Source of the DNA: Podarcis pityusensis
Taxonomy: Eukaryota
Direction: 5' to 3' (one strand)
Assembly (NCBI GenBank): GCA_964106645.2
Contig: OZ067039.1
DNA length: 64,000 nucleotides
The translations under genes were made by a program, and so were the position numbers. Of the stretch, positions 24,781-37,700 are shown in pieces. Under the pieces are notes generated by a model, which worked only from the letters and a program-made list of their open reading frames with translations, did no database searches and was not told where the DNA came from. Each line of letters starts with the position of its first letter. The first letter of the stretch is position 1.

Positions 24781-25709
24781 ACCTTCGGGTTTTTTTTCCT
24801 ACCAGGGTGGGGAAATCCACGCTGCGAATGGGCGGAACTAAAGATGAGGTAGCTGTGCACCGAGGGGAGCGAATTGGAGGGCTGCGCTGTGTTCCTCATT
24901 CAATCTTCCTCCTTCCCATAATAAAATCTGGTTTTCAATTGGCAGTTAAACGTTTGAGGGAAGCTATAAGAGGTGCTAAGTCGTTTTTCAGTCATGTTGA
25001 GTATCCTTCCGAATGGGAAGTCTGCGCATGTTTGATTCCTGGTTGTGGTCTGAAGGGACATGGCTGAAACGAAGCAGGTTTGGGTCTGTTCAGTGACCGC
25101 CCCGGAACCACATGTAGAAGAAAGGCGGGATATAAATTTAAGAAAATAAGTAAATCCAGCTATATAGGCAAGGTACTGTACAGGATAATACAGAATTCCT
25201 CAAAAATGGCTACCATAGGATAAGAATTAGATTGAGAAGAGCATCAGGGAGTAGTAGAAAGAGTTCTCTGGTGGTTTTCTGCAAGTTTAAAGAACTGTAG
25301 GTGTGCTACAGGGTTTGCTATGTAAAGATAACTTTTAACTGGTTTGGAAAGAGAAGGATTTCTAGAGGGTTGATAGAAACTTGTAAAATAAGATAAGCAA
25401 GGCTACATGGCATAGGTGATTTGCCTTTGCCAATTTTCTTTCTGGAGAAAAAAATGGTCTTTACCATTGTGAAGAAACTGGTAGCTTGAGTGGCTGTTGC
25501 AGCTGGGACCTGATTTCTCTGTATGCCTGTGTCGTTTTGTAACAGGGTGGTATTCCAAATGGAAGAAAAATCCCAGACGCAGGGCAATCCTAACACATCA
25601 CATCAATCCACTTTGGAGTTTTCGTAGAACTTGAGAATTTGCTGTCAAGTTACAGCTGTTGCATCCAGTATAGAAGAATCCTCATATAGCACGCCTGCTT
25701 GTCTTCATC

Positions 25710-28700
25710 ATGGCCTTTCCAGAGCCAAAACTGAAGAAGCCTGAGTTGCCAAAGAAACTTCTGGGCACACTGGAATGTAAACAGGGAGCTGTCAGGGCAG
25801 TGAGGTTCAATGGTAAGTGCATCCTTGATCTTATAACATGGTGTTGAATTTTTAGAACCAGAGAAACAAAGCAGAGTCTAGTGTGTGATTTACAATTTTT
25901 AGAGGTGAAGTTGTGGTAGCCTGTTGCAGTTAAACCAGCAAGGAGTCTTGTGACGCCTTAGTTATTGCAGGTGTGGGGATGCTGTGACCTTCTGGATGTT
26001 CCTGGACTACAACTCCCATCATCCCTGATTGTTGGCTGGGGCTGGTGGGAGTTGGAATTCAGTAACAGTTGGAGGGTCACAGCTTCTCCTCTTTTGCCTT
26101 AAAGAACAACAAATTTTATTACGGCGTAAGTCGTTGAAAACAACATTCATCAGATGCATGAAGTGCAATCCTCAGTTACCTGGTATATATACATAGAAGA
26201 GTGCAAAGGGGGAAAACCCAAAAGTTGGAGCTGAATAGCAATGCATTGTATAAATTATTAGGGCAGTGTTCAACTAAGGGTTTGTGCTAGTGCAAGGATT
26301 AACACTAGCACAGTGGGATTTCCCCTTCTTCTACACTGTATGCCCTGTGCCATCCCCAAATCCGCTCTGGAGGGTTGGGGTTGGGGAGAAACCTAGAACA
26401 GATTTAGGGGGGGCGGGGAAGAAGGGAGAGAGAGAATATTCCATTGCTCAAGAGGAAATCCTTGCACTGATGGAACATTCAGCTTAGTGCTATGTTGAAT
26501 ATAATCCTTAGTGATTCACGAGCTAAAGAAAATAATGATTGGGGGAAGGTGTCTATACCGTGGTTATAGGTTTCTTGCTCAGGGAGAAAATTTGTGCCTG
26601 CAGCAGGAATAGTGGAACCTGTGTAGCACATGCAGAAAATAGGAAAGGCAAATCTGTCAGGAACACTGCTGAAGAGTGTTGCATTGGATACTGTTCAATA
26701 AGTTTTTCCTCTCCCATCCCCCCTGCAGTGGATGGAAATTATTGTCTCACCTGTGGCAGTGACAAATCACTTAAGCTCTGGAACCCCCTCAAAGGCACTC
26801 TCCTTAAGACTTACAGCGGCCATGGCTATGAGGTTCTGGATGCAGCAGGGTAAGAACTGGGAAGAGGGAGCCACTCTTTTGGAAAAAAAGATTTTGTGGT
26901 GAAATACCACCAGAAATTTTGAGATGGTATGCCCTTTTAAAATGTGGCTCTTTTGGGGGGGAGGGTTATTGGGTTGTTGTTTTTATTTCGATTATAAATA
27001 TTGTGGTTTTATATTTTGACTTCTGTGAACCACCCTGAGACCTCCAGGTATAGGGTAGTACAGTGGTACCTTGGTTTGCATACGTCTTGGTTTTGGATTA
27101 CAAACACGTCAAACCCAGAAGTGCGTGTCCCGGTTTGCAACCTTTTTTTGGATTACAACCCATTTCTTTTGGATTACGAAGAATTTTTTTTTTTGAGGCC
27201 CCATTGGCGAAAGCGCGCCTTGGGTTACAACCTGTTTTGGTTTACAAACGGACCTCTGGAACGGATTATGGTTGTAAACCAAGGTACCACTGTATATAAA
27301 ACCAATCAATCAATAATAATAATAAAAACTGGCTGGAAAGCAGGTGGGTCACTGGTCAGAACTTTTGTGGTCTATGCCTTGTCTACTTTTCTACTGGAGT
27401 TGTGAGCAGGGCAAAGTAGAGTTTTAAAAATTGCTTGGTAAACAAATTAAATCCTCTGACCTGCCTGTGTTGCATAAATTTAACTTTTAATGTTATACAA
27501 TACAGCTGGAAAACAAATAATTTATAAAATTCATAATCAAAAGAAACAGATATGGATGAATAACATTTTTACATTCCAGAAAGAAAGAAAAATCAATTTC
27601 TCCATGAAGCTATCAGTTGTATATTAAACCAATTTAAATGAATTGTCTAAATATGCAAAACTTGAACCTGCTAACTGTTGGGAGAAAACCTGTAAATAGC
27701 ATAGTAATACTGTCCCACTACCCAGCCAGTGATAATAGGATATCCTATTCAGTCCCTGCTCCATACATTTGAACCCATCTTTAATGTCCTAAGGTTTGAA
27801 ACTTAGCTTTTGAAAAATTAAATCTGACATTCTTAATACAGTAAGAATACAGTAATTCAGGGAGTTGCACATACAGGAAGCAATCAGGATGCTTTCCCCA
27901 TCATTATCTGTCTCTATCCACTCTGCAGATCATTTGATAACAGCCAGCTTTGTTCATGTGGTGCAGACAAGACAGTAGTGTTGTGGGATGTTGCCACAGG
28001 TCAAGTGATTCGCAAGTTCCGTGGCCATGCAGGGGTAAGACCTCTTCTGTCCTTTGTCCCTTCCAAGAAAATGGAACAGAGTAACTTCCCTGGATCAGAC
28101 CAATCTAGTCTAGCATCCTTTTCACCACAGTGGCCAATCTGAAATCTCACAAGCTGGGTATGAGAGCTTTTGTTTCTCAGTGGCCGGTACTCAAAATCAT
28201 GCTGCCTCTGATTTTGGAAGGCTGTAATGTATAGCTGTTATGACTAGTAGCCATTGATAGCTTTATCCTCCATTACTTTGTTCAGTTCCCTTTCTAAGCC
28301 ATTTATGTTGGTTGTCATTGCCACATCTTGTGGCAGTGAATTCCATGGTTTAACTATGTGCTGTGTTAAGAAATACTTCCTTTTGACTGTCCTGAATCTT
28401 CCACCACTTTCATTGGATCACCCCAGGTTATAATGCTATATGACAGGGAGAAAAGGTCTGTGTCCACTTTTTCTGTACCCTGTATAATTTTATATAATAT
28501 ACTGCTATCATGTGTGTGCATCCTACTTACTCACCTTTTTTCCTAAACTAAAAAGCACCAAATACTGCAATCTTTCTGCATAGGTGAGTTTCTTCACCCA
28601 CCTGATCATTTTGCTTGCCCTTTTCTGCACATGATTCAAATATCCAGCTTTATGCACATAAGAAGGTGAATTCTTCTGAGCTTCCACTGGGGGATGACGG

Positions 28701-31700
28701 TAGAAATGTATCCTGCCTCACAGTGACTGGATAATGTCTGCAGTTTTGTCTATTTGGCATCTAAAAAGCTGTGCAGTAGAAAATACTATTGACACATTAG
28801 ATACTACAGTAGGAGGAAGTTTATGAGAAGTGTCAAAATATTGCATTCTGGCTACAAGACTACATTGGATGTTTGGCTTGTGGGGTGGAAATAGTAACGA
28901 AGAGAGAGCTTTGTAGAAGTTCAAGGAGTTCAAAGAGTTGAGGTACTTTGTGTAGAAATGTGGCAGGAATGGGAACAGAGAATGTAATCCTTCTATGCTT
29001 GAATCTGTTAAACCAGTCGGACAATAGTCATTGCTTATTTCATTCTCTTCTCTCTATCCTCATCTGGCAGAAAGTAAACTGTGTCCAGTTCAATGAAGAG
29101 GCAACTGTGATCCTTTCAGGTAAGGAATACTTTTCTTCTCACTCTGCTTCACTGTTAATCCCAGAGAACTCATTTTAGGCTGTACTCAATAGACATCTTT
29201 GCTCTCTTGCAGGTGCCATTGACTCCAGTGTCCGCTGCTGGGATTGCCGCTCACGCAGACCAGATCCCATCCAAATCCTGGATGAGGCCAAGGATGGCAT
29301 TTCCAGTCTGAAGGTGTCAGACCATGAAATCCTTACAGGGTAAGGAAAGGTGGAGTGAAGTTAGAGCTGGAGAGGGCAAATTCCCTGCCATGCGAAGTCC
29401 ATGCTGGACCTTGGGATCTGTTAAGGGCTTCCCGACCCATCCAGGTGTGTTTTATCCCTCTACTCATCTGCAATGGATTGAAAGAAGCAGATTGAGGAAG
29501 CCCTATGGCCGCATTGGCATTCCAAAATACAGTGTATGGCCACTGATATTGTTTTGTTATTTATAATTATTATAAATATAAAACTTTTAAACATTATATT
29601 CTATGCTGTTCTTATAAAGCTGGTGTTTTGCATTACAGTGGTGCCCCGCAAGAAGAATGCCTCGCAAGACGGAAAACACGCTAGACGAAAGGGTTTTCCG
29701 TTTTTGAGTTGCTTCGCAGGACGAATTTCCCTATGGGCTTGCTTTGCAAGACGAAAATGTCTTGCGAGTCTTGATATTTTTTTTCGCTCCCCCCCCCTTT
29801 TTCTAAGCCGCTAAGCCGCTAAGCCTTTAATAGCCGCTAAACCGCTAATAGCGCTAAGCCGCTAAGCCGCTAATAGGGTTGCTTCGCAAGACAAAAAAAC
29901 CGCTAGACGAAGACACTCGCGGAACGGATTAATTTTGTCTTGCGAGGCACCACTGTACCAGCATTTGACAATTCTTGTCTGACCAATTGATCAGATTCTT
30001 TTTGGACTAATAAAAAGCCCAATCCTAAAGTCACACAGCTGTGTAGATCCATACTCTGTAGTATCCTCTCATTTCTAAACTTTCATCAGAAACGAAGAAA
30101 TATTTTCAGTGTTTGCTCCAAAAGGGAGAAAGTTAGTTTCAAAAGAATACAAGCATATAGGGAATCCTGTCCCACAACTTGAGTTCCATGGTTTGAAAAC
30201 AACGAATGTTGAAAGGGCACCCTTTGAGACCTCAGGGTCGTCCGCCAATGTGCTTGCTGAGTGCCACCCTCCTGCTGCCAGCTAATTTCCACTGCCCCCT
30301 TTTTTATTTTTCAGTTCTGTGGATGGGCGTGTCCGTCGCTATGACCTCCGTGCTGGGGAGCTCTACTCAGATTACATTGGAAGTGAGTGTTGCTTACAGA
30401 CTTGTTGACAGTTTGGTATGATGAGAGACAATTTTCAGGGTGATGGTTCCTGTTGCATTTCCTTTGCCTCCCTCACCTGTATTCCCCTGCCTCTTCTCTT
30501 TAGTTGATGCCTCTCAGGTCCAGACCGAAGGGACCCTGCCACATCTTGTATCATGTCCGACACTGACTCATTCTAGGCAGTGGGTAGACTTGATCTCTGC
30601 AAGCTACTGTTCCTTCCTTCCTTCCTAATTTGTAGCCCTGAAGAAACTCCTAAGAACAAGTTCTGATGGGGATTGCCCAGAATCTTGCACTTTTTTGTTT
30701 CTTGATGCAATCAAACCCAACACTGCCATATTTTCATTATAGGTCCCATCACCTGCGTGTGTTTCAGCAAAGATGGGCAATGTACCCTGGCTGCTAGCTT
30801 GGATTCTACTCTGCGTTTGCTGGACAAGGATACGGGTGAACTACTGGGAGAGTAAGCAATGCAGTTATTTAGTCCTGTCATTAAAGCTTGCCCTACCCCA
30901 CCCTGTTGTCGACAGACAATAGCAGCTCAAAAGAGTGGCTGTTCTTCAGCATTTGGGTGCAGCCAATCCAGTGTTTAAGTGTATGAGGCTTCCATGTAAA
31001 AGAACCTAGTGGACTAGAGAAATTTTTATACATTGAATCAGAGCCACAGTCAGTCTGCTTTGAACTCTGGTGATGCTGGGCTTTCATTATCCTCCATCTA
31101 CCTTGTCAGGGACTAGTAACAACCATAGGTGGACTTATGGGGGGAAAGCCTGACTGAAAAAAGCAGAAATATTCTCCTCTTTCTCATCTCATCCCCCCCC
31201 CCCATGACACCTCTAGATATACAGGCCACAAGAATGTAACCTATAAGATGGACTGCTGCATGAGCGAGAGGGACACTCATGTCGGGAGCTGCTCTGAGGA
31301 TGGGAAGGTGTACTTCTGGGACCTGGTGGAGGTGAGCAGAATGACCTGGGAAAATGGAGAGGTTCCTTCTTAGGCGGTCATGTAACTTACCAGTGCTTCA
31401 TGGGAGTTGAGCCACAGATACTGTGTGTGGGGGGGGGGTGCAGTTTGGGGGGCTTGAATTCCATTTGGTTGGATAAGGCAACATTTAACCTTGGAGAACA
31501 AAGCATGAAGCCTTCTCTCCAAATTGTTGGTGGTCAGCAGAGATTTCAGCTCAGTGCCTTAATTGCTGACAGTAATCATAGCTGTTTTTTGTATGACCTA
31601 GTTGCCTGAATATGACCACTAAGAACATAGGCAGAGGAATTAATGCATAGCATTTTCCAATCTATGTGTTAAACGAACAGTTAAAGCAGTGGTTTTCAGC

Positions 31701-32638
31701 CAGTGTGCCGTGGCACCCTGGGGTGCTTTGAATGATGGTCAGGGGTGCCGTGGGCAACAGTGGCCTCTGTCCCTCTTTCCTTCCCTCCCTCCCTCTGGTG
31801 CCCTCGTGTCTCTGCCTCCTAAAGGCTTGCAGAGTTATTTATTGCAGCAGCCCTGGCTACAAGCTCCCCAGGCGAATGGTGCTTCTGGGGCTGGTCAGGG
31901 AGGATCAAGGGGGCAGCTCAGAGACCAGGGGAGGCAGCTGCAGCTGCTCAGAGGACTCCCAAGGACAGGCAATTGCAAAGGAGGCTGAGGGAGCACCTGC
32001 ACAAGGAAGGGTGTTTGAAAAAGCGTGAAAAGCTGCCAGCTCGGCAGGCAAGGGGTGACATAACTGGGCTCCTGAGCCCCACAGAGGTGCCACAGAACGA
32101 ATGTAGTTGGTCAAGGGAGCCATGGACTCAAAAACATTGAAAATCTCTGAGTTAAAGTGTTACGTAGACCACTATCACTTATCTGAAGTTTATGGGAGGA
32201 AGCGCTTTTGATGCAACTGTATTGGTTCAAAGCTAAATACAAGATTTGCTTCCTCATGACCATTGAGGATCAGGTACAGTTTGCATGCTTTCCACTGCAA
32301 GGCATTTCTTCTCTTTCCTCTCTTGAACTTGGACTGTCCCTTTCTCATATTGATCATTCAGCACAAGAGGTGGTGCTTGAAAAGCAGATGCAATTCTGAA
32401 CTCCAGCCCATGTCTAGCTGCCCAAGTGTTAGGAGTATGTTATCTCTACCCTTATCTTCATTATTCTTCTCTCTCCTCTTCACAGGGGTCCCTTGCCCTG
32501 AGCTTGCCTGTGAGCAAGACTGCAGTTCAGTCTCTGTCCTTCCACCCAACTGAGTCTTGCTTGCTCACTGCTGCAGAGGGCCGTGTGCAGTTTTGGAGGG
32601 AGGAGTCGTACGTGGCTGAGGAAGGGGAACCAGCCTGA
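25710..32638 (+). CDS. WDR83: WD repeat domain 83 (MORG1), 316 aa, 9 coding exons
   Basis: Exons 25710-25812, 26729-26849, 27929-28034, 29071-29119, 29213-29339, 30315-30382, 30743-30851, 31217-31331 and 32486-32638 (951 nt, GT-AG, phases consistent). Protein MAFPEPKLKKPELPKK...GAVRAVRFNVDGNYCLTCGSDKSLKLWNP...FWREESYVAEEGEPA*. Confidence 0.97.
27061..27292. mobile_element. Tc1/mariner (Tigger/pogo-like) MITE
   Basis: TIRs CAGTGGTACCTTGGTTT / AAACCAAGGTACCACTG flanked by TA. Confidence 0.85.
28075..28630 (-). mobile_element. Degenerate CR1 LINE 3' fragment
   Basis: Antisense CR1-like motifs (ccacatcttgtggcagtgaattccatggtttaactatgtgctgtgttaagaaatacttccttt). Boundaries are approximate. Confidence 0.55.
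29636..29955. mobile_element. Tc1/mariner-like MITE (same family as 63517-63785)
   Basis: TIRs CAGTGGTGCCCCGCAAGA / TCTTGCGAGGCACCACTG, TA TSD, internal GCCGCTAA-type tandem repeat. Confidence 0.85.
31687..32149. mobile_element. hAT-family non-autonomous element
   Basis: Exact 8-bp TSD AGTTAAAG (31679-31686, 32150-32157); termini cagtggttttca / tgaaaatctctg. Confidence 0.75.
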
Positions 32639-33660
32639 TGGTCCCTGTCCTGGCTTGAGTGGAGGACCGAAGCTGCAAGGAGATGGAACTCTCAGCCATA
32701 CGTCTCTTCAGAAGCACAGTACTGTTTCCACTGCCTTCGGGAAGGTGTGCAACACTGGACTCCCCTGCTCTTTGGAATCACACTTTGCAACTGGTGCTTG
32801 TAACACCTACTTACAATTTCTCAGTTCCATACCAGTTTCCAGAGGGATGGTCATGTTAGTCTCTCTCCCTCAACCATCAGCAGGTTTCTGTTTTATAAGT
32901 ACTCTCATCTTTCAACATTAATACCTGAGTTGATTGTTCTCCTTCCCCACCCCCCAAAAGACTGTATTGCTTTACTGAAAACTAAGTAAAATTAAGTTGT
33001 TTTTCAGAATGGTCATTTGCCTAAGGCCACTTAGTGGGCTTCATGGCCTTGCAGGTAGGGATCTAAGCCTGAGTTGCTCACATTCAGCCCCAAAACTGAA
33101 GTCACTGCTCTACATTGGCTCTCGTGTACTTCAGCATAAATACTATATAAGGAGGCCAGACTGGAATGCAGTAGTCACCAGTCACACAACTGGACAGCTC
33201 AGTGCACTGCATCACACCACATCCTGGTAGGAACCTCCTGGCGCAAGTTTAGCCACATTGTTCAAACCGGCTTTACCGGTCTGGGAAACAAAAATTGCCT
33301 GTAGCTGTGTTGATGTCTAATATCAATGAGAAAAACATAAAGCATGCTGGGACACGAGAGTAGGCCTAAGTGCCAAACAGAGACATTTTAAAGAGCTTAC
33401 TACAAACAGTAGGCAGATCCAGTGGTTGGAGCCCTGCTTGCCACACTGTTGCTCTAAGAGTGCTTAGGTGTCTAGGAGTTAGGCAGCACTTCCTTCCACT
33501 TTCCTGATATTTCCTGATAATTTTTGTGTTTCATGTGATCAACAGCTATTTACTTTCACGAAACTAATGCCCAAACTGCACAACATGTAAGGAGATCACC
33601 TAAGAGGTACATGGCGGAGTAGTGACCAGATATTTCTGAAGTCACAACTCTATTGTTTTA

Positions 33661-33877
33661 CACTGGTACCACTAGTTATGAACTTAATTCATTCTGGAGG
33701 TCCGTTCTTAACCTGAAACTGTTCTTAACTAGAGGCGTGCTTTTGCTAATGGGGCCTCTTGCTGCCACAGGTACACGATTTCCGTTCTCATCCTGGGGCA
33801 AAGTTTTCAACTCGAGGTAACTCTTCCACGTTAGTGGAGTTTGTAACCTGAGGCATTTGTAACTCGAGGTACCATTG
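33661..33877. mobile_element. Tc1/mariner-like MITE
   Basis: Degenerate TIRs cactggtacc / ggtaccattg, TA TSD; the body resembles 43058-43272. Confidence 0.75.
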
Positions 33878-34721
33878 TATTGTGTTTGCTTCCCTGCTTT
33901 AATGGGTATTTTATTGCATTGGAGTATTTTTAAATAGCTATTACCCAGCCAAGTCAGAAATGGAAACAAACTGAAGGTAAGAGCTGCTTCCCATAACTGT
34001 ATTACAATTACTACTTGCATTCTGAAAACTAGATTCTTTATCAAATCCTACAACTTTTCCTGCTGCCTTGGGATGGGGGAAACTCAGGCCTGTGTGCAAA
34101 CCGTTGACTTTTGCGCTGCTGGAATGTAGCCTGTTGTATAAAGATAAGCAGGCTTTTAAAACCATGCTGCTTGCATGAGAAACAAAACAAGGCACCACCA
34201 CTCCTGATCAGCCATCTTTAATTTAAAGTTGTAAACATGGATCAGAACTGGGTCACTAGAGGGTGCTTTTAACCTGATGGGAAACTCCACCCTCCTTTGT
34301 TCCCGTAACTCTTTTCCCTCGAGCTGACATTCCTCAGGCTTGGAGCTGTGCCTCTAGGATGATATCCTTTCACCTGAAGGGCCAGCTAGTTCTCTTCATT
34401 GACCACGCCACTCAGCGGTGCTGCTCTCCTTAAGGCTGAGTGTGGCAGTGACAGCTCAAGTGGACGAGGAGTATGTGTACATGTGCATACACACAAGAGA
34501 AATGGGAGTGAGCAGCTGACAGGGTTTGGACATGTAGAGGTCCACTAATTTAGGAGCATGACTCTTGGTTACAAGCTACCTGGGACAAGTAAAGGCTGAA
34601 CCTCCACCCCTAACCTCACAGCTCCAAAGAGCAGACAAAACAAAAACCTAACAACTCAATGGGCACTGGGAACCTGGGGGCAGGTTGTCTGAGACTTGAC
34701 ACTTGTGTTTGCAAGTGTGGA

Positions 34722-37700
34722 TCACACACTGAGCTTCCAGACTTCTACAGAGACGCCACCAGAGGCAGCAACAGCCATGTTTCCTTCAACACTGATCTGA
34801 AAAAGAGGAGAAAGGAAAGGGTGGGTGGTGGAGGAAATCTAAGTACAGTGAGCAAAAGTCACAGAAGCCAAAACACACACCCTAGCACATAACCCCACAT
34901 AACAAAGACAGCTATGGATGCTTTCTCCCACAATCTCCCCTGCTCCCTTTCTCAGGTCGGGGCCAATATAAAAAGTCTGTAACTACGTTGGCGAGCACCC
35001 CCACAATCCTTACCCCATTTAGCACACAGCTGTGTGTGCGTGAACAGATGACCTTGGGCGGATCTGTGGGAACATGGATCTGGAAGAGAAATCCAAGAGG
35101 TTACGGTCTAGAAGCTTAAAATCTAATGAAATGGAAAGTTGCGTTTCGGTACCACACAAACAATGGCTAAGTAGAGAAAATAGTGTATGGGACAGAGCAG
35201 ATTGGTTCGGAGTCACAAGGGTGTTGTACCAAGGCAACTATTTGGTAAGAAAACCTCCAAAAGAATGACCTGTGTGACTGATAAAGACCAGGAGTGCACT
35301 GTGAAGCAATCGGTCTGCAATCAGGGACATGGAAACCTGGTATGAAAACAGCTTTGTGCGGGCTCTGGCCTTCCTTTATCATGGCTATGCCAAGCTATTA
35401 GTTCTCCCGCAGCTGGTGGGAGACTCCAAGGGGTTTGGCTGCTTTAGCTAGGAAGACGCACCTTTCATGATCTGTCTTTCAGCCTGAAAAATGGGCAGGT
35501 TTTGCTTTGCCCCCACAGGTGAAGGATGGGATTGGGAAGCCCTGTCTCCTAGGCCTGTCTGTGGTTCAGACCTGTAACTTAAACACCACCACAATTCTTA
35601 CACGCAGTGTCTTGTCAGTGGAAGTTGTGTAAAGTGCACCCAGTGAATGTTGGATTCCCGTGATCTGAGAGCGGTGACCCACATCGAAATACTGTGGAAC
35701 AAAACAAAAACAGAGTGATGCTTTGAATGGGAGACAAATGCTAGTATGCTGCTGCTGCTTCTTTTACAACTGGTTAGGCACTAGCAGTTCAAAAGCACAT
35801 CAAAGTGCAAGTAGAGAAATAGGTACCACTCCTGAGGGAAGGTTAACGGCGTTTCCGTGCGCTGCTCTGGTTCGCCAGAAGCGGCTTAGTCATGCTGGCC
35901 ACATGACCTAGGAGCTGTGCACCGGCTCCCTTGGCCAATAAAGTGAGATGAGCGCCACAACCCCAGAGTCAGTCACGACTGGACCTAATGGTCAGGGGTC
36001 CCTTTACCTTTAGGCACTAGTGATTTCTATACTATCAGCAAAACATGCTTGTTTGGGTTCAGAAGCGACACTGGCAGAAGAAAAATGGCTCCAAATGGTC
36101 AAAGCTCATGAGATTTCTAAGGTGAATCCCAGCAGTGTTATAAATATCTCTACAATCTACTGTAAAGCAACACCTTATGCTAGGCTATGCTTAGCAAAGC
36201 ACAAGTAATTTTGTGGGTGGAGATTAGAGAAGTACCATATTTCTCCGCGATTCAACTTCTCAGCGTACCCGGATGTGCTGGAAACACCCTCCTTTGTTTT
36301 CAAAGACATACAGCTGCCCATTGTTGTCTCCTGCCCATAGCTGAGCACCATGGTATGACATGGTGAGGAGGTAAGAGTCCAGCTAGGGAAAGAATGGAAC
36401 TAATGTCACTGGCATTAATCAAGGTATTGTACTAAAGTAAAGCAGATAGCTCAACTAAGTGAAATAGATTGTGTATGCTAAAGTAGAAAACAAAAAGATG
36501 CCCCAAGTTACTTGCCAATATAAAATATGGGGCGAAATTCTTGAACCTAAATAAGGAAAATTAGCAGAACTGAGGCTAGGTTCAAACATAGTGCAAAACT
36601 ATGGTTTGTGCTAACCATGAGCTTCCACATGAACAAGCAAACCATGGTTTAGAGCTGCTTTTCTGCCTTTAGTTTCCCATCTGGCTCAGCACTAAGCTTC
36701 AAAAGTTCACCCTTGAGAATCCGCTTGAGGTAGAGCTTACTCCCATTTTCATGGTATAGCAGCCTCTTCAGGCAAAACAATGGCCCTGACAAACTACTCT
36801 GAATTCAGTCAGAACAGAGTCTGCGGTTTCAAAGCCTGGTTTGCCAGTCCCAAACAAACTGGGAGCAAGCTCATAATGCGAAACCATGGTTCAGCTAAAG
36901 CAACTGTGGTTTCATGTAATGTCTGAATGCAGCCTGACTGTAAAGCAAAAACCGCCCTCTGGAATGTCTCCCACATGGCCTTGCCGTATAAACTTAGGAG
37001 AGTAAAGGTCAGGCAAGAGCAATGCCAAGTTAAAGAATACTTGGGTGAGGCCGGATCAAGGTCCCACTAAACTCAAGTCCCTCAACTTGGAATGTGTAGC
37101 TTCCTGAGCCATATAGCCTCTGAGTTTTATTGAGCACAAGAACATACCTAATCTGAACACAAGTAAAAGCCTGGGATTTGGTTTGTAGTCCCAGACCTTC
37201 AACTAATACAGAAATAACTAGCACTCAAACCCACAGGATTAAGGATTCTACTGACAAACTCTGGAGAGAACACCCACAGATCCTGGTTTTCTAAGTTGCT
37301 TTCTAAGGAATTCTTGGCCATCCTTAGCACAAAAAGGAGAGTCAAAGTCTGTAGCTCACCTGTAGCCTCTGGAGGACACTGTTGGCCCTCCTGTCAAAAC
37401 ACACCAGTGTTCGGTCCTCACTGCCGGAGAGAATGAAGCGCTCATCAGCTGCAAGTGATAGGACTGCACTGGAATGAAGCTTGCGGCTCTTCACTGGGGC
37501 TAGTGCAGCTGTGAGAGAGGACCAAGAGATGCATTAACAGAGCCCAGGCACTTACCTAAGTTCTCACAAAAGAAATGCCTCATTCAGCAAGCACCTCACA
37601 GATATTCTCTCTCTCTTGTAGGCCATAGTCTTCCAGCTGAAGTCACTTTCATTGGGCAATAACTAAGCAGCAGAGCTTCTGGGTGCTCTCTAGCCAGCTC

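Noticed and set aside
25968-26095. ZNF143-like ACTACAACTCCCA motif
   Set aside because: It is part of a short dispersed repeat also seen near 19830-19965 and 22790-22930, and it is not in a promoter.
33000-34700. Searched by eye for GNG14 (G-protein gamma) exons; TATA-like TATATAA at about 33144
   Set aside because: No DPLL/NPF/CAAX-type coding motif was seen, and the TATA-like motif has no downstream ORF.
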